From Actinomycetota bacterium (GTDB lineage Bacteria > Actinomycetota > Acidimicrobiia > Acidimicrobiales > CAIXPF01), in contig VGBO01000005.1 in assembly GCA_016870475.1 (NCBI GenBank), positions 339-64,338 on the forward strand: DNA of 64,000 nucleotides, read 5' to 3'. The notes under the pieces are model-generated. The model ran no database searches and had not been told where the DNA came from. It worked only from the letters and a program-made list of their open reading frames with translations. A program made the translations under genes and the position numbers. How positions within the stretch are numbered: the stretch's first letter is position 1; each line of letters opens with the position of its first letter. Shown one piece after another: positions 49,529-59,304 of the stretch.

Positions 49529-50934
49529 GCTCCGTCGACCGGTTCTCGACCATCACCGAGCTCGCCGACGCGCTGCGCGCCGGCACGACGACCTCGGTGG
49601 CGCTCACGGAGGCGACGATCCGCGCCGCCGACGCGCTCGACGAGCGTCTCGGCGTGTACCTCGCCCGGTACGACGACACCGCACTCGAGGCCGCGGCGAC
49701 CGCCGACCGGGAGCGCGCCGCGGGGATCGACCGGGGGCCCCTGCACGGCATCCCGCTCGGCGTCAAGGACATCATCTCGATGCGGGAGGGACCGACCACC
49801 GCGCAGAGCCTCGTGCTGCCCGCCGACTGGGGTGGACGGCGCGACGCACCCGTCGTCGAACGGCTCCGCGCCGCCGGTGCCGTGCTCACCGGCAAGACCT
49901 CGACGATGGAGTTCGCGATCGGCTCGCCCGATCGGTCGAAGCCGTTCCCGTTGCCGCGGAACCCCTGGGACACCGACTGTTGGACCGGTGGTTCGTCGTC
50001 GGGCACCGGCGGCGGCATCGCGGCCGGCCTGTTCGCGGCGGGGCTCGGGTCGGACACCGGTGGGTCGATCCGCATCCCGGCCGCGTACTGCGGGGTGAGC
50101 GGGCACAAGCAGACCTTCGGGCTCGTGCCGAAGTCCGGTGTCGTGCCGCTCGGGTTCACCTACGACCACGTCGGCCCGCTCGCCCGGTCGGCGGAGGACT
50201 GCGCGCTGCTGCTCGACGTACTCGTCGGGCCGACGGACGACGATCCGACGACCGTCGACGTCGGCACGTTCCGATGCGCACCCACCGTGCACGACGGCGT
50301 CGCCGGTCTGCGGATCGGCGTCGCCCGGGCGGCGACGGTCGACGGCGGGTTCTGCGACCCGGGCACGGCGACGTCGCTCGACGCAGCGGTCGCCGCACTC
50401 GCCGCGGCGGGCGCGACCGTGGGTGACGTCGAGTTCCCGCTCTGGGACGAGCTCCACGACGCGTGCTTCCTCGGCCTCTACGCCGAGGCGTTCGCGTGGC
50501 ACCGGCCGCACCTCGCCCGTGCGTGGGCGGACTACGGCTTCGACACCCGGCTCGGCATCGCGCAGGGGTCGCTCGTGAGCGCCGGCGACTACGTGCAGCT
50601 CCAGCGGGTGCGGGAGCTCGGTCGCCGGGCGATGGCGGTGCTGTTCGCCGAGGTCGACCTCGTGATCATGCCGACCACCGGCCGCCCCGCTCCCCGCTTC
50701 GGCGCACCGGGCATGGACCGTGACGAGCGGCTCCGCTCGCTCTACACGCCACCGTTCAACTCGCTCGGCCTGCCTGCGCTGTCGGTCCCGATGGGATTCG
50801 TCGACGGCCTGCCCGTCGGGCTGCAGATCGTCGGGCCCGCCTTCGCTGACGCGCTCGTCCTGCGCGCCGGTGCCGCCTACCAGGCCCGCACCGACTGGCA
50901 CCGGCGCGTGCCGGCGATCGCCGCCGTCGACTGA
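49525..50934 (+). CDS. Amidase signature family protein
   Basis: PLHGIPLGVKD, GKT, TGGSSSG, GSDTGGSIRIPAAYCG, GLPVGLQI. Confidence 0.93.
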   Translation: MSSVDRFSTITELADALRAGTTTSVALTEATIRAADALDERLGVYLARYDDTALEAAATADRERAAGIDRGPLHGIPLGVKDIISMREGPTTAQSLVLPADWGGRRDAPVVERLRAAGAVLTGKTSTMEFAIGSPDRSKPFPLPRNPWDTDCWTGGSSSGTGGGIAAGLFAAGLGSDTGGSIRIPAAYCGVSGHKQTFGLVPKSGVVPLGFTYDHVGPLARSAEDCALLLDVLVGPTDDDPTTVDVGTFRCAPTVHDGVAGLRIGVARAATVDGGFCDPGTATSLDAAVAALAAAGATVGDVEFPLWDELHDACFLGLYAEAFAWHRPHLARAWADYGFDTRLGIAQGSLVSAGDYVQLQRVRELGRRAMAVLFAEVDLVIMPTTGRPAPRFGAPGMDRDERLRSLYTPPFNSLGLPALSVPMGFVDGLPVGLQIVGPAFADALVLRAGAAYQARTDWHRRVPAIAAVD

Positions 50935-50941
50935 ACCGAGA

Positions 50942-52174
50942 TCAGTCGGCGAGGAGCGCGTCGCGGAACGCCGGTGCGGCAATCGCGGCGAGCACCTCGG
51001 CGCGTTCCCGCAGGGGAAGACCCCGCAGTGCGGCCACGCCGTGCTCGGTGACGACCCGGTCGACGAGATAGCCGGGGATGGTCGTGCGGGCGGGCGGTTC
51101 GAGCCGTCGCACGATGCGGGACACGGTGCCACCCGCCGCCGTCGACGGCAGGGCGAGGATGCCGTGCGCCGCGCCGAACGCGTAGTCGGGCGCTCCCCCC
51201 GGGCCGGAGATCACCTCACCGTTGACGATCTCGGAGTTCGCCGAACCGTCGAGGGCGACCTCCACCGTCGAGTTGATCCCGACGAGCCCCTCGACGGCCG
51301 CCAGGCCGGCTATCCCGTGGGAGACCGACGCTCGCACCAGCCGCACCCTCGGGTTGCGGTGCACCCAGTCGAGGAGGGCGCGGTCGCCAATGACCTCGGC
51401 GGCGACGAGGTCGCCCTCGATCGCACCCCGGGCGACGAGCTCGGCGCACGAACCGGCGATCATCCCCGAGTGCACACGGAGGCCGCGCCGCTCCGCGAGG
51501 AGACCGAGGATCGCCTCGGGGAGGGCACCGATCCCGAACTGGATCGTCGCCCCGTCGGGGACGAGTGCCGCCGCATGCTCGGCGACGCGTCGGGTCACCT
51601 CGTCGGCGGTGGCCGACGGCAGCTCGGCGAGCGGTTCGTCGATCTCGACGAGATGGTCGAACGCGTCGAGCGGGAGCTCACCTTCACCGAAGGTGTAGGG
51701 CATCTGCGGGTTCACCTGCCCGATCACGAGCGACGCGGTGCGCACCACCTCGACGGCCGCGCCGACCGTCGCCCCGAGACTCACCCGCCCCTCCGGCCCG
51801 GGCGCGCTCACCTGCACGAGCGCCACGTCGCACGCGAGCGGTGACGGCGGGCTGAACAGCCACGCGTAGTCGGAGTACTTGGCCGGCACGATGCGCAGCA
51901 CCCCGGCCCGGGCGAGCGAACGGGTCGCGCCCGAGGCCTGGGTGGTCGTGATCCGGAACGGTCCGTCCGGCTCGGCGAGCGCGAACGGTGCCGGGGCGCG
52001 CAGCAGGTACCCGGCGACGAGCTCGAGGGAACGGAACCGGTGGGCCTGCGCGGCGAGCTCGTCGAGCAGGCCGAAGGGCGTCCCGCTCGTCGCGTTCACG
52101 AAACAGCGCACCCCGTCCGGGATGGCGGCGACGGCCTCGGCGGGGGTCGATCTGCGGGCGGCACGAACGGGCAT
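50942..52174 (-). CDS. Acetyl-CoA hydrolase/transferase (4-hydroxybutyrate CoA-transferase-like)
   Basis: DVALVQVSAP, QVNPQMPYT, TIQFGIG, INSTVEVALDG, VVTEHGVA; the usual HSE motif reads HSG. Confidence 0.85.
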   Translation of the reverse strand: MPVRAARRSTPAEAVAAIPDGVRCFVNATSGTPFGLLDELAAQAHRFRSLELVAGYLLRAPAPFALAEPDGPFRITTTQASGATRSLARAGVLRIVPAKYSDYAWLFSPPSPLACDVALVQVSAPGPEGRVSLGATVGAAVEVVRTASLVIGQVNPQMPYTFGEGELPLDAFDHLVEIDEPLAELPSATADEVTRRVAEHAAALVPDGATIQFGIGALPEAILGLLAERRGLRVHSGMIAGSCAELVARGAIEGDLVAAEVIGDRALLDWVHRNPRVRLVRASVSHGIAGLAAVEGLVGINSTVEVALDGSANSEIVNGEVISGPGGAPDYAFGAAHGILALPSTAAGGTVSRIVRRLEPPARTTIPGYLVDRVVTEHGVAALRGLPLRERAEVLAAIAAPAFRDALLAD

Positions 52175-52243
52175 CGTCGGACGGTACCTCGCCGATGCCG
52201 ACCTGCGGGTTCGGCGACCCGACCGCGGGCGTATCCTCGGTAT

Positions 52244-52447
52244 ATGGACGAGCTCCGCTTCACCGTTCCCGGGATGACGTGCGGTCACTGCGTGCAGGCC
52301 GTGCACGACGGCATCGCCGCGCTGCCCGGGGTGGCCGACATCGCCGTCGACCTCGAGTCGAAGGTCGTCGTGGTGCGGGGCACCGACCTCGATCCGGCCG
52401 CGGTCGACGAGGCGGTCGACGACGCCGGCTTCGAGGTCGCCCGTTGA
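52244..52447 (+). CDS. copZ: Copper chaperone (HMA domain)
   Basis: [17 protein letters not shown]...AGFEV; MxCxxC motif. Confidence 0.92.
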   Translation: MDELRFTVPGMTCGHCVQAVHDGIAALPGVADIAVDLESKVVVVRGTDLDPAAVDEAVDDAGFEVAR

Positions 52448-52614
52448 GCTGGTCCACCCCGCTCCGCCTCGGGTCGTTCGCCCTCGCGCTCGTCGTGGCC
52501 GCCCTCCTCGGCGGTCTCCTCGGTGGTGCCGTCGAACCACTGCGCACGAACGGGAGCGGCGGTCACGCCACGACGGAGTCCCACGACCCGGCGACGCACG
52601 GCGGCTCGTCGTGA
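52444..52614 (+). CDS. Small single-TM protein with His-containing tail
   Basis: TTG overlaps the copZ stop and its own stop overlaps the copA start; [28 protein letters not shown] followed by [15 protein letters not shown]. Confidence 0.6.
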   Translation: MSWSTPLRLGSFALALVVAALLGGLLGGAVEPLRTNGSGGHATTESHDPATHGGSS

Positions 52615-54899
52615 ACGGCCGTGCGCCCACCGCCGACCGGGCACCCGCCCCGGAGCACGTCGACGTCCTCATCGACGGCATGACCTGCACGGCGTGCGCG
52701 GCGCGCATCGAGAAGAAGCTCAACCGCGTCGAAGGCGTCACGGCACACGTGAACTACGCCACCGAGCGCGCCGCCATCGACTTCGACCCGGCGCTCGTCG
52801 ATGCGGACCGCCTCCTCGACACCGTCCGGTCCCTCGGGTACGAGGCGACGCTGCCGACGACGGCCGACGAACGGCGGTCGGCGGCGTCCAGGCCCGATCC
52901 TGCCGATCTCGCCGAGGCGGCGGCACGTCGACGCCTGATCGGCACCGCCGCGCTCACGCTGCCGGTGGTGCTGCTGTCGATGGTCCCACCGCTGCAGTTC
53001 GACAACTGGCAGTGGCTGGCTCTAACACTCGCCGCACCGGTGGCCACCTGGGGGGCGTACCCGTTCCACCGCGCGGCGTGGAAGAACCTGCGCCAGGGCG
53101 CCGCGACGATGGACACGCTCGTGTCGGTCGGCGTGCTCGCCGCATTCGGCTGGTCGCTGCGGGCGTTGTTCCTCGGCGACGCCGGAATGCCGGGCATGCG
53201 CATGGGATTCCACCTCGTCGTCGAACCCGGCGCCGAGGATCACCTCTACCTCGAGGTAGCGACCGCGGTCACGCTGTTCCTGCTGCTCGGCCGCACGGCC
53301 GAACTGCGGGCCCGCCGTCGTGCGGGAGCGGCCGTACGGGCGCTCGCCGAACTCGGCGCACGCGAGGCGACCGTCGTCGGCCCCGACGGTGTCGAGCGGT
53401 CGGTCCCGATCGAACGGCTCGCCGTCGGCGACCGGTTCGTGGTCCGGCCCGGCGAACGGGTCGCGACCGACGGGCGGGTGGTCGAGGGCGCGGCCGCCGT
53501 CGACGTGTCGATGATGACGGGCGAGAGCGTGCCGGTCGAGGTGACGGCCGGCGACCGGGTCGTCGGGGGGACGGTCGCGACCGGCGGCAGGCTCGTCGTC
53601 GAGGCCACCCGCGTCGGCGGCGACACGCAGCTCGCTCGGGTCACCCGTCTCGTCGAGGCCGCACAGACGGGCCGTGCACCGGTGCAACGGCTCGCCGACC
53701 GGATCGCCGCGGTGTTCGTGCCCGTCGTGCTGCTGCTCGCTGCGGCGACGTTCGGGTTCTGGCTGTCCAACACCGGTGATCCGACCTTCGCGGGGACCGC
53801 CGCCGTTGCCGTGCTGATCATCGCCTGCCCGTGCGCGCTGGGTCTCGCCACCCCGACCGCGCTGCTCGTCGGCACCGGCCGCGGGGCGCAGCTCGGCATC
53901 CTCATCCGTGGTCCGGAGGTGCTCGAATCGACCCGTCGGGTGGACACGATCGTGCTCGACAAGACGGGCACCGTGACGACCGGGCGGATGCACCTCGTGG
54001 AGGTCGTGCCCGCCGACGGCGTCGATGTCGCCACGGCGCTCCGACGGGCCGGCTCGCTCGAAGCGGCGTCGGAGCACCCCATCGCCCGGGCGATCGTCGA
54101 GGCCGCTGCGGCGGCAGGCCCGCTCGCCCCGGTGGACGGCTTCGTCGCCACGGCCGGTGTCGGGGTGGAGGGCGTCGTCGAGGGGACGCTCGTCACGATC
54201 GGGCGACCGACCGGGCACGCCACGCTCCCGCCCGCGCTCGCCGAGGCGTGCAGCGCGGCCGCGGCCGCCGGTCGAACGGTGGTGGTCGCATCGTGGGACG
54301 ACGCTCCGCGGGCCGTCCTCGTCGTCGCCGATCGCGTGCGCCCTTCGAGCCGGCAGGCGATCGCCGGGCTCCGGGCGCTCGGACTGCACCCGATCCTGCT
54401 CACGGGCGACGCCGCTCCGGCCGCCCACCACGTCGCCGCGTCGGTGGGGATCGAGCAGGGCGACGTGGTCGCCGGGATGCTCCCGGCCGACAAGCTCGCC
54501 CACATCGAGGCGTTGCAGGCGTCGGGCCGGGTCGTCGCCATGGTCGGCGACGGCGTGAACGACGCCGCAGCACTCGCCCGAGCGGACCTCGGGATCGCGA
54601 TGGGCGGTGGGACCGATGTGGCGATGGAGGCGTCGGATCTCACCCTCGTGCGGGCCGACCTCGGCGACGCGGTCGACGCGGTCCGCCTCTGCCGGCGCAC
54701 CCTGCGGACGATCACGGGCAACCTGTTCTGGGCGTTCGCCTACAACGTCGCCGCACTGCCCATCGCTGCGTCCGGCTGGCTGAACCCGATGATCGCCGGA
54801 CTCGCGATGGCGTTCTCCAGCGTGTTCGTGGTCACGAACAGTCTCCGCCTGCGCCGGTTCGACCGGGTGCGACCGAGCGCCGAACCGGTCGACGCGTGA
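52611..54899 (+). CDS. copA: Cu(I)-translocating P1B-type ATPase
   Basis: [41 protein letters not shown]. Confidence 0.94.
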   Translation: MNGRAPTADRAPAPEHVDVLIDGMTCTACAARIEKKLNRVEGVTAHVNYATERAAIDFDPALVDADRLLDTVRSLGYEATLPTTADERRSAASRPDPADLAEAAARRRLIGTAALTLPVVLLSMVPPLQFDNWQWLALTLAAPVATWGAYPFHRAAWKNLRQGAATMDTLVSVGVLAAFGWSLRALFLGDAGMPGMRMGFHLVVEPGAEDHLYLEVATAVTLFLLLGRTAELRARRRAGAAVRALAELGAREATVVGPDGVERSVPIERLAVGDRFVVRPGERVATDGRVVEGAAAVDVSMMTGESVPVEVTAGDRVVGGTVATGGRLVVEATRVGGDTQLARVTRLVEAAQTGRAPVQRLADRIAAVFVPVVLLLAAATFGFWLSNTGDPTFAGTAAVAVLIIACPCALGLATPTALLVGTGRGAQLGILIRGPEVLESTRRVDTIVLDKTGTVTTGRMHLVEVVPADGVDVATALRRAGSLEAASEHPIARAIVEAAAAAGPLAPVDGFVATAGVGVEGVVEGTLVTIGRPTGHATLPPALAEACSAAAAAGRTVVVASWDDAPRAVLVVADRVRPSSRQAIAGLRALGLHPILLTGDAAPAAHHVAASVGIEQGDVVAGMLPADKLAHIEALQASGRVVAMVGDGVNDAAALARADLGIAMGGGTDVAMEASDLTLVRADLGDAVDAVRLCRRTLRTITGNLFWAFAYNVAALPIAASGWLNPMIAGLAMAFSSVFVVTNSLRLRRFDRVRPSAEPVDA

Positions 54900-55714
54900 C
54901 CGCGCTGTCGATCGTCGAGGCGGCGGTCCTCGGCCTCGTCGAAGGGGTGACGGAGTTCCTCCCGGTCTCCTCGACGGGTCACCTGCTGCTCACCTCGCGC
55001 CTGCTCGGTCTCGAGGGCGACGGCATCACGTCCTTCGAGATCATCGTCCAGGTCGGTGCGATCGCCGCCGTGGTGGGGCTGTACCACGACCGGATCCGCT
55101 CGATGGTGCGCGGCGTCGTCGGTCGTGATCCCGCCGGCCGCCGACTGGCGACCTGTCTCCTCGCGGCGTTCCTCCCGGCCGCGGTGATCGGTCTGGCGGC
55201 CGGTTCGACGATCAAGGAGCGCCTGTTCGACGTCGGACCGGTCGCGGTGGCCTGGATCGTCGGCGGGGTCGCCATGCTCGTCGCGGAGCGGCGGCGGCCC
55301 CGCGACGTCGACGGGACCGGGCTCGAGGCGCTCGCGGTGCGCCAGGCGGCACTCGTCGGGGTCGCGCAGTGCCTCGCGCTGTGGCCGGGCGTGAGCCGGA
55401 GCCTCGTGACGATCCTTGCGGCGCTCGCCGTCGGTCTGGGCGTGCGGGCGGCGGTCGAGTTCAGTTTCCTCCTCGGCGCGCTGACGCTCGGTGCGGCCGC
55501 AGCGGCCGAGGCGTTCTCGGCGCGGGCGACCCTGCTCGGCGACGTCGGCGTCCTCGCTCCGGCGATCGGGGTGGCGGTCGCATTCGTGTCTGCGGTCGTC
55601 ACCGTGCGACTCTTCCTCGGGTTACTGACCCGAAAGGGGCTCGCGCCATTCGGGTGGTACCGCATCGGGATCGGCGTGATCACGCTGTCGGCGCTCGCAA
55701 CGGGGCTGATCTGA
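54896..55714 (+). CDS. uppP: Undecaprenyl-diphosphate phosphatase
   Basis: [39 protein letters not shown]. Confidence 0.93.
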   Translation: MTALSIVEAAVLGLVEGVTEFLPVSSTGHLLLTSRLLGLEGDGITSFEIIVQVGAIAAVVGLYHDRIRSMVRGVVGRDPAGRRLATCLLAAFLPAAVIGLAAGSTIKERLFDVGPVAVAWIVGGVAMLVAERRRPRDVDGTGLEALAVRQAALVGVAQCLALWPGVSRSLVTILAALAVGLGVRAAVEFSFLLGALTLGAAAAAEAFSARATLLGDVGVLAPAIGVAVAFVSAVVTVRLFLGLLTRKGLAPFGWYRIGIGVITLSALATGLI

Positions 55715-55721
55715 CCACCGT

Positions 55722-55742
55722 CCGATAGCTGATGGATATCGG
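55722..55742. promoter_or_regulatory. Palindromic operator candidate
   Basis: CCGATA-N9-TATCGG (contains T-N11-A) in an AT-richer 75-bp intergenic region. Confidence 0.4.
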
Positions 55743-55789
55743 CGAATCGTGAATGTCTACGTGGGCATGTCGCGTAGTACACATACGTC

Positions 55790-56431
55790 ATGAACGACGA
55801 GCACGCCGTGCGCCTCTATCTCCAGCACCTCGCGGATCCCTCCGCCTCCGTCGACCAGACCCTCGTCCGCAAACTCGAAGCCGAGGTCTCCCGGACCACC
55901 GACCCCCTCGAACGCCTGCGCGTCCTCACCGCGCTCGAACGGGCGCGCACCGTCGACGGCAGCACACTCCGCCAGGGGTTCGTCCGCCACGCCCGCACGT
56001 GGGCCGAAGCCGAGGGGATCGCCCCGACCGCCTTCCTCGAGCTCGGCGTGCCGCGCGACGTGCTCGTCGAGGCCAGCCTGGTGCCGGCGTCGCGCCGAGC
56101 CGGACGCACCGGTGGCGGACGCTCCAAGGTGACCACCGGGCAGATCGCCGCGTGGGTCCTCGGTCGCACACAGCCCTTCACCCTCGCCGACATCGAGGCC
56201 GAGCTCGGCGGCAGCCCCGTCACCGTGCGCAAGGCGCTCGCCGAGCTCGAGGCGGACCGTCGCCTCACCCGCCTCGGAACGGTCCCCGACCACCACGGTC
56301 GCGGACGGGCACCGCTGCTGTTCGCCCGCCGCGACCCCGACGGCGCGACGCGCACCCGCGGGTCGGCGAAGGTCAGAGCCACTCGCGGCGGCGGAACACG
56401 AGGAACAGCACGGCCGAAGGCACGAGCATGA
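55790..56431 (+). CDS. Hypothetical protein with probable C-terminal winged helix-turn-helix
   Basis: AVRLYL, DPLERL, FVRHARTWAEAEGI, ELGVPRDVL; then FTLADIEAELGGSPVTVRKALAEL...GRGRAPLLF. Confidence 0.75.
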   Translation: MNDEHAVRLYLQHLADPSASVDQTLVRKLEAEVSRTTDPLERLRVLTALERARTVDGSTLRQGFVRHARTWAEAEGIAPTAFLELGVPRDVLVEASLVPASRRAGRTGGGRSKVTTGQIAAWVLGRTQPFTLADIEAELGGSPVTVRKALAELEADRRLTRLGTVPDHHGRGRAPLLFARRDPDGATRTRGSAKVRATRGGGTRGTARPKARA

Positions 56432-57356
56432 ACACCGTCGCGGTCACGGCCCCGGCGACCGTCCCCTGCCCGGGGAACGGCACGTTCATCCCGTAGAATC
56501 CTGTCACGAGGGTGGGCACGGCGAGGATGCCGGCCCAGCTCGTGATCTTCTTCATCACCAGGTTCTGGCGGTAGTCCCGCAGGCTGAGGTTGGCCTCCAC
56601 GATGGACGTGGCGAGGTCTCGGAGCGAGTCGATCGACTCCGAGACCCGCAGCACGTGGTCGTAGAGGTCGCCGAAGTACGGGATGAGCGCGTCGTCGATC
56701 CCGTGGTGCTCACCGCGGACCAGGCTGCTGACGACCTCGCGCAGCGGGGCGACGACGCGGTGCAGTTGGACGAGCGAGCGACGCATGTGGAACCAGTGGC
56801 GCTGTTCGGTCGGATTGAGGGGCTCGTCGGCGAAGAGCCCGTCGCTGACGTCGTCGTAGTAGGCGTCGAACGCGACCACGGCGTCGAAATGGGTGTCGAC
56901 GGCCGCGTCGAGCACCCCGTGCAACAGGAACCCGATGCCGCCGTGGGACAGTTCGGGCGCACGATCGAGCCGCTCGAGCACGGGTGCGAGGTCGAACCGG
57001 TCGTCCTTGCGGACCGTGACCAGCCAGCGGCGCCCGACGAACGCGTCGACCTCGGTGAGGTGCAGGCGCCCGACGGCGACGTCGACCTGCACGGCATGGC
57101 AGGCGAGGAACAGGTGCTCCGGGTACCGGTCGATCTTCGGCCGCTGGTGCGGGCCGAGTGCGTCCTCCACGGCGAGGGGGTGCAGCCCGAGGAGCCCGGC
57201 GAGCAGATCGAGGTCGCCGTCGGCGGGCGCACACAGATCCACCCACACCACCGTGCCGTCGACGGCGAGGTGCTCAGCGACCGCGCCGACCGCGAAGCCC
57301 TCCGCCACGACCGCACCGGCCCGGTAGGCGCGGGTCCATACGGTCGCCGAGCTCAC
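56373..57356 (-). CDS. corA: CorA-family Mg/Co transporter
   Basis: VWVDL, GLHPLAVED, QRPKIDRY, PTLVTGFYGMN. Confidence 0.92.
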   Translation of the reverse strand: MSSATVWTRAYRAGAVVAEGFAVGAVAEHLAVDGTVVWVDLCAPADGDLDLLAGLLGLHPLAVEDALGPHQRPKIDRYPEHLFLACHAVQVDVAVGRLHLTEVDAFVGRRWLVTVRKDDRFDLAPVLERLDRAPELSHGGIGFLLHGVLDAAVDTHFDAVVAFDAYYDDVSDGLFADEPLNPTEQRHWFHMRRSLVQLHRVVAPLREVVSSLVRGEHHGIDDALIPYFGDLYDHVLRVSESIDSLRDLATSIVEANLSLRDYRQNLVMKKITSWAGILAVPTLVTGFYGMNVPFPGQGTVAGAVTATVFMLVPSAVLFLVFRRREWL

Positions 57357-58234
57357 CGGATCCGCACCGCCGTCGCCGGGTCGGGCACCCCGACCCCGTG
57401 CAGGAGCGCGGCGAGCACCTCGACCCCGTCGACGAGACGAGGTCCGGGTCGCACCACGACCCCGTTCGCGTCGAGTGCCCACACCGCTGCGCCGACAGGC
57501 AGCCGGTCGAGGAGGTCACGCGCGTGCGCCGCCGAACCCTCGACGTCGAACCCGCACGAGGCGACGAGCACGACCTCCGCGCCGCTGCCGGCGACCTCCT
57601 CCCAGGTCGTGGGGACCGACCGGTCTCCGGGTCGGCACAGCACGGGGGCGCCTCCGGCGCGTTCGACGAGCTCGGGAACCCAGTGCCCGGCAACGAAGGG
57701 CGGGTCCGGCCACTCGAGCACCAGCACCGTGGGCTGCGCCCGACCGGCGACCGCCCGGGCCACGGCGGCGAGCCGCTGCTGCGCAACCTCGACGAGCGCC
57801 GCGGCCTCGGCCTCGGCGTCGATCGCCCGACCGACGGCGAGGACGCCGTCGAGCACGTCGTGCAGCGTGTGCGGGTCGAGGGTGACCACCGCGGCCGTGC
57901 AGCCGAGCTCCGCCAGCGCATCGGACACCTCCGCACCCGGCAGCGCGCACACCCGGCACAGGTCCTGGGTGAGCACGACCGTCGGGTCGAGCGTCCGGAA
58001 CCGGTCCCGGTCGAGCACGTAGAGGTCCTCCCCCGCAGCGACCCGTTCCCGCACGAGCTCGTCGATCGCCGCAGCGTCGAGCCCCTCCGTGGCGAGCCCG
58101 CCGACGACGATCACCCGGCCGTCGCGCACCCCGGCCGGGTGGTCGCACTCGAAGGTCACCCCCACGAGGTCGTCGCCGCGTCCGAGCGCGCACACGATCT
58201 CGGTGGCCGACGGCAGCAACGACACGATCCGCAC
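57353..58234 (-). CDS. BtuF-like cobalamin/iron substrate-binding protein without signal peptide
   Basis: RIVSLLPSATEIV, GVTFECDHP, TQDLCRVCA, LEWPDPP, GHWVPE, CGF, RPGPRLVDG. Confidence 0.85.
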   Translation of the reverse strand: MRIVSLLPSATEIVCALGRGDDLVGVTFECDHPAGVRDGRVIVVGGLATEGLDAAAIDELVRERVAAGEDLYVLDRDRFRTLDPTVVLTQDLCRVCALPGAEVSDALAELGCTAAVVTLDPHTLHDVLDGVLAVGRAIDAEAEAAALVEVAQQRLAAVARAVAGRAQPTVLVLEWPDPPFVAGHWVPELVERAGGAPVLCRPGDRSVPTTWEEVAGSGAEVVLVASCGFDVEGSAAHARDLLDRLPVGAAVWALDANGVVVRPGPRLVDGVEVLAALLHGVGVPDPATAVRIR

Positions 58235-58297
58235 GACAGCAACGTAGTTGGCCGGGCAGAATGCGGAACGCCCGGCCCGGCCGGGGTGATCGGGGGG

Positions 58298-59257
58298 ATG
58301 ACGATGACGGAACGGTTCGCAGCAGGCTTCGCAGGCCGTGTCGCCGTGGTGACCGGCGGCGGGACGGGCATGGGGCGCGAGCTCGTCCGCCAGCTCACCG
58401 CAGACGGGTGCGACGTCGCGACCTGCGACGTGCTCGTCGCCAACGCCGAGGAGACCCGTGACCTGTGCCGGTCGGAGGGCAACCCCGGCGAGGTGCTCGT
58501 GCACCGTGCCGACGTGTCCTCCGAGGACGACGTGCGGTCCTTCGCCGCCGCAGTCGGGGCGTGGCGGCCGGCGGTGCACCTGCTGTTCAACAACGCCGGC
58601 ATCGGCGGGTCGGTGTCGATCGTGAACGGCGAGCGCTCCCAGTGGGAACGGGTCTTCGACGTGTGCTGGTACGGGGTCTACTACTCGACCATCACGTTCC
58701 TGCCGCAGCTGCTGCGGGCCGACGTGGCGCACGTCGTGAACACGAGCTCCGTGAACGGGTTCTGGGCGTCGGTCGGCCCGACCATCCCGCACTCGCCGTA
58801 CAGCGCCGCGAAGTTCGCCGTGAAGGGCTTCACCGAGGCGCTCATCACCGACTTCGCCGTCAACGCCCCCCACGTCCACGCCTCAGTCGTCATGCCCGGT
58901 CACATCGGCACGGCGATCTCGACGAACTCCGACAAGCTGCTCGGCCTCGACGACCCCGAGAAGCTGCGGGCCCGCTACATCGGCGCCGGACTCGACCCCG
59001 ATCGTCTCAGCCCCGAGGAGATGCTCGCCCGGATGGAACGTCGCGGCGAACGGTTCCGGGACACGGCGCTCACGACCGCTGCGGACGCCGCGACCATCAT
59101 CCTCGACGGCGTGCGCGCCGACCGCTGGCGGATCCTCGTCGGCGAGGACGCGCACATCATCGACGAGCTCGTCCGCGCCGACCCGGAGGCCGCCTACACG
59201 CCCGAGCTGTTCCGGGAGTGGAACGCCCGGGTCGAAGCGGTCCGTTCCGCCGGCTGA
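58298..59257 (+). CDS. Short-chain dehydrogenase/reductase
   Basis: VVTGGGTGMG, NNAG, NTSS, YSAAK, MPGHIGT. Confidence 0.93.
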   Translation: MTMTERFAAGFAGRVAVVTGGGTGMGRELVRQLTADGCDVATCDVLVANAEETRDLCRSEGNPGEVLVHRADVSSEDDVRSFAAAVGAWRPAVHLLFNNAGIGGSVSIVNGERSQWERVFDVCWYGVYYSTITFLPQLLRADVAHVVNTSSVNGFWASVGPTIPHSPYSAAKFAVKGFTEALITDFAVNAPHVHASVVMPGHIGTAISTNSDKLLGLDDPEKLRARYIGAGLDPDRLSPEEMLARMERRGERFRDTALTTAADAATIILDGVRADRWRILVGEDAHIIDELVRADPEAAYTPELFREWNARVEAVRSAG

Positions 59258-59304
59258 GCCGGACCCTGGCCGCAACGCCCCGCGGCGATACGCTCGGTCC
59301 CCGC

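Noticed and set aside
52225-52243. CsoR operator upstream of copZ (TATCCTCGGTATA)
   Set aside because: It lacks the C-tract/G-tract dyad and is explained more simply as the -10 of a leaderless gene.
58235-58297. Cobalamin riboswitch before the BtuF-like gene (or before cobO)
   Set aside because: The intergenic spaces are too short and no B12-box elements are seen.
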